From: an uncultured Actinomycetes bacterium
GTDB lineage: Bacteria; Actinomycetota; UBA4738; HRBIN12
Length of the DNA stretch: 64,000 nucleotides
Direction of reading: 5' to 3'
NCBI GenBank assembly: GCA_963816275.1
Contig: CAWFJU010000028.1
Coordinates: forward strand, 383 to 64,382
This document shows positions 63,378-64,000 of this stretch, in pieces (the first letter of the stretch is position 1; each line of letters begins with the position of its first letter). The notes beneath the pieces were generated by a model. That model was not told the origin of the DNA and made no database searches. It was given only the letters and a program-made list of their open reading frames with translations. The translations under genes were made by a program, and so were the position numbers.

Positions 63378-64000
63378 CTAGGGCTCCGAGGACGTCGCCC
63401 TGATCCGGGGCGTCGTGAGGAAGACGACGAGCGCGATCGCCATCCATGCACAGAGCCAGAGGAACGCGGCGGTGGGGGATACCGTGGTCCAGAGGATCCC
63501 GGCGACACCGCTCGCCACCAGGTTGCCGAGGCTCTGGCAACCGGCGAGGAGCCCGAAGGCCGATCCGCGGATCGGCTCATCGGCCATCGACGCCACGGCG
63601 GCGGCCTCGGCGGTCTCCACGAAGCCGATCCCGACGCCCGCGAGCAGGAACGCGATGAACAGGACGAAGACCCCGGGACCGGACGCAGCGAAGATCAGAT
63701 ATGCCGCCAGGAAGGCCGCAGCCCCGACGACCAATGAATGGACCGCGCTCCGCCGGTCGCTCAGGTGGCCCCCGGGCAGGCTCGAGAGCGTCCCCGCCAC
63801 GTTGTAGCCCACGTAGAGGAGCACGGCCGTCTGCGCGGCATCGTGCTGCCCGCGTGACGGAGCCAGGAGCTCGGTGGCCCGCAGGATCATCAAGGTCGCC
63901 GCCGCGTTCCCGAACTCGAACGCGCCGATCCCGACGAAGAGCCGTCCGAGGCCGCCCTTCAGGACCGGACGGACCTGGAGCCGTATCGGGCGATGCTCTC
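63378..64000 (-). CDS. MFS transporter, 3' part (runs off the right edge)
   Basis: FEFGNAAATLMILRA, PGGHLSDRR and RGSAFG motifs. Confidence 0.85.
   Translation of the reverse strand, partial: EHRPIRLQVRPVLKGGLGRLFVGIGAFEFGNAAATLMILRATELLAPSRGQHDAAQTAVLLYVGYNVAGTLSSLPGGHLSDRRSAVHSLVVGAAAFLAAYLIFAASGPGVFVLFIAFLLAGVGIGFVETAEAAAVASMADEPIRGSAFGLLAGCQSLGNLVASGVAGILWTTVSPTAAFLWLCAWMAIALVVFLTTPRIRATSSEP

Overview
High-GC, actinobacterial-type chromosomal segment with about 50 genes and two tRNAs (Arg-ACG, Ser-GCT). Scattered single-base indels, most likely long-read errors, split several genes in the ORF track. The right two-thirds is ordinary: hemA-C-D-B-(META)-L, an arylsulfatase, SulP/Nramp/APC/MFS/ABC transporters, DacB, DmpA, a TetR-epimerase pair and hydrolases. 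The main feature is a ~16 kb minus-strand operon (24089->7935). It encodes a ~2400-aa secreted multidomain protein, three paralogous two-domain cupredoxin (multicopper-oxidase-like) proteins, a His-rich membrane-anchored protein and an S8 protease with a repeat tail. None of the three cupredoxin proteins has a full copper-ligand set. Subunit A has the T1 site and four trinuclear-cluster His in domain 1 only, subunit B has the other four His in domain 2 only, and subunit C has none but carries Ig-like repeats. I infer an obligate heterotrimeric 'split' multicopper oxidase with one active site. All calls come from reading motifs by eye; no searches were run, so novelty is unverified.
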